Shown one piece after another: positions 38,761 through 40,286 of a stretch of 40,286 nucleotides of DNA. Position 1 is the first letter of the stretch; each line of letters starts with the position of its first letter. The stretch lies in IMG/VR virus record IMGVR_UViG_2874968258_000009, one strand, 5' to 3'. The position numbers and the translations under genes were made by a program. The DNA comes from a virus. Lineage: Monodnaviria; Loebvirae; Hofneiviricota; Faserviricetes; Tubulavirales; Inoviridae. The notes below the pieces were generated by a model that worked only from the letters and a program-made list of their open reading frames with translations, was not told where the DNA came from and made no database searches.

Positions 38761-40286
38761 ATGCAAACGAGTGATACCCGCGCGTTACCGCTACTTTGCG
38801 CCCGCTCGGTTTATAAACAGTATTCAGGGGTCAATGTCCTGAAAGGCATCGATTTTACGTTGCATCAAGGGGAGGTCCACGCCCTGCTCGGCGGCAATGG
38901 TGCCGGTAAATCGACGTTAATGAAGATTATACCCCTGCTGATAGCGGTACGCTGGAGATTGGGGGCAACAACTACGTCAGATTAACGCCAGTTCATGCTC
39001 ATCAGCTGGGTATTTATCTCGTTCCCCAGGAACCGCTGCTTTTCCCAAGCCTGTCGATAAAAGAAAACATCCTGTTTGGGCTGGCAAAAAAACAGCTCTC
39101 CATGCAGAAAATGAAGAACTTGCTGGCGGCGCTGGGCTGCTAGTTTGATCTGCATAGTCTGGCAGGATCGCTGGATGTCGCCGATCGCCAAATGGTGGAA
39201 ATCCTCCGCGGCCTGATGCGCGACTCGCGGATTCTGATCCTCGATGAACCTACCGCCTCGCTTACCCCTGCGGAAACCGAACGCTTGTTTCGTCGCTTGC
39301 AAGAGCTGCTTGCTACTGGCGTGGGTATTGTTTTTATCTCGCATAAGCTGCCGGAAATTCGCCAGATTGCCGATCGAATTAGCGTGATGCGCGACGGAAC
39401 CATCGCCTTAAGCGGCAAAACCAGCGAACTGTCTACCGATGACATTATTCAGGCCATCACGCCAGTGGTACGGGAAAAATCGCTCTCTGCCAGCCAAAAA
39501 TTATGGCTGGAGTTACCTGGCAACCGCCCACAACATGCCGCCGGAACGTCGGTGCTGACACTAGAAAATCTGACCGGCGAAGGTTTCAGGAATGTCAGCC
39601 TGACGCTCAATGCCGGAGAAATTCTGGGTCTGGCCGGGCTGGTGGGGGCCGGACGCACAGAACTGGCCGAGACGCTCTATGGTCTGCGTACTTTGCGTGG
39701 CGGACGCATTATGCTGAATGGTAAAGAGATCAATAAATTATCCACTGGAGAACGTTTACTGCGCGGTCTGGTTTATCTGCCGGAAGATCGCCAGTCATCC
39801 GGACTGAATCTCGATGCTTCGCTGGCCTGGAACGTCTGCGCCCTTACTCATAACCTTCGTGGATTCTGGGCGAAAACCGCGAAAGATAATGCCACCCTGG
39901 AACGTTATCGTCGGGCGCTGAATATTAAATTTAACCAACCGGAACAAGCTGCACGGACATTATCCGGTGGCAACCAGCAAAAAATCCTGATTGCCAAATG
40001 CCTGGAAGCTTCGCCGCAAGCATTGATTGTCGATGAGCCGACGCGCGGCGTGGATGTCTCGGCCCGTAATGATATCTACCAGCTGTTGCGCAGCATCGCC
40101 GCACAGAATGTGGCAGTGCTGCTTATCTCCTCTGATCTGGAAGAGATCGAACTGATGGCAGATCGTGTGTATGTGATGCATCAGGGCGAAATTACCCACT
40201 CTGCACTGACCGGGCGCGATATTAATGTCGAGACTATTATGCGCGTTGCCTTCGGCGATAGTCAGCGTCAGGAGGCGTCATGCTGA
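38761..40286 (+). pseudogene. lsrA: lsrA (AI-2 ABC transporter ATP-binding protein) inactivated by a frameshift (~38931) and an in-frame TAG (39141-39143)
   Basis: N-terminus [57 protein letters not shown] with Walker A, then a frame change. The downstream 364-aa ORF (39192-40286) carries the second ABC ATPase domain (LSGGNQQK signature, Walker [12 protein letters not shown]). The window ends at the stop codon. Confidence 0.8.

Noticed and set aside
38982-39445. Minus-strand ORFs 38982-39344 and 39140-39445 and plus/minus ORFs 39449-39724, 39960-40199 within lsrA
   Set aside because: Overlap the lsrA reading frame on the opposite strand or in alternative frames; Arg/Ser-rich shadow ORFs.

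Overview
This window reads as an Escherichia/Shigella-type chromosomal terminus region in which the dif site carries three near-identical head-to-tail copies of a ~9.5 kb filamentous (inovirus-like) prophage (7335-35845). A perfect 28-bp E. coli dif sequence sits at the left junction (7322-7349), and phage-type XerC-arm sites mark the inter-copy and right junctions. Each copy encodes a rolling-circle replication and morphogenesis module on the minus strand (replication initiator, ssDNA-binding protein, major coat, pIII-like, pVI-like, Zot/pI ATPase, secretin). Divergent from it is an HTH regulator followed by a three-gene cargo block (4-TM membrane protein, 264-aa protein with a PD-(D/E)xK-like motif, 88-aa protein) that I cannot place in a known family; this is the best candidate for an undescribed phage-borne system. 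Left of the array is an IS-shattered chaperone-usher fimbrial remnant: IS2 nested in an IS600-like element, two IS1 copies, and an IS600/IS2 junction fragment. Right of the array is an in-frame autotransporter-HipA chimera (hipB absent), a third IS1, and an lsrA pseudogene. All family assignments rest on reading the supplied translations and DNA, with no database search run.
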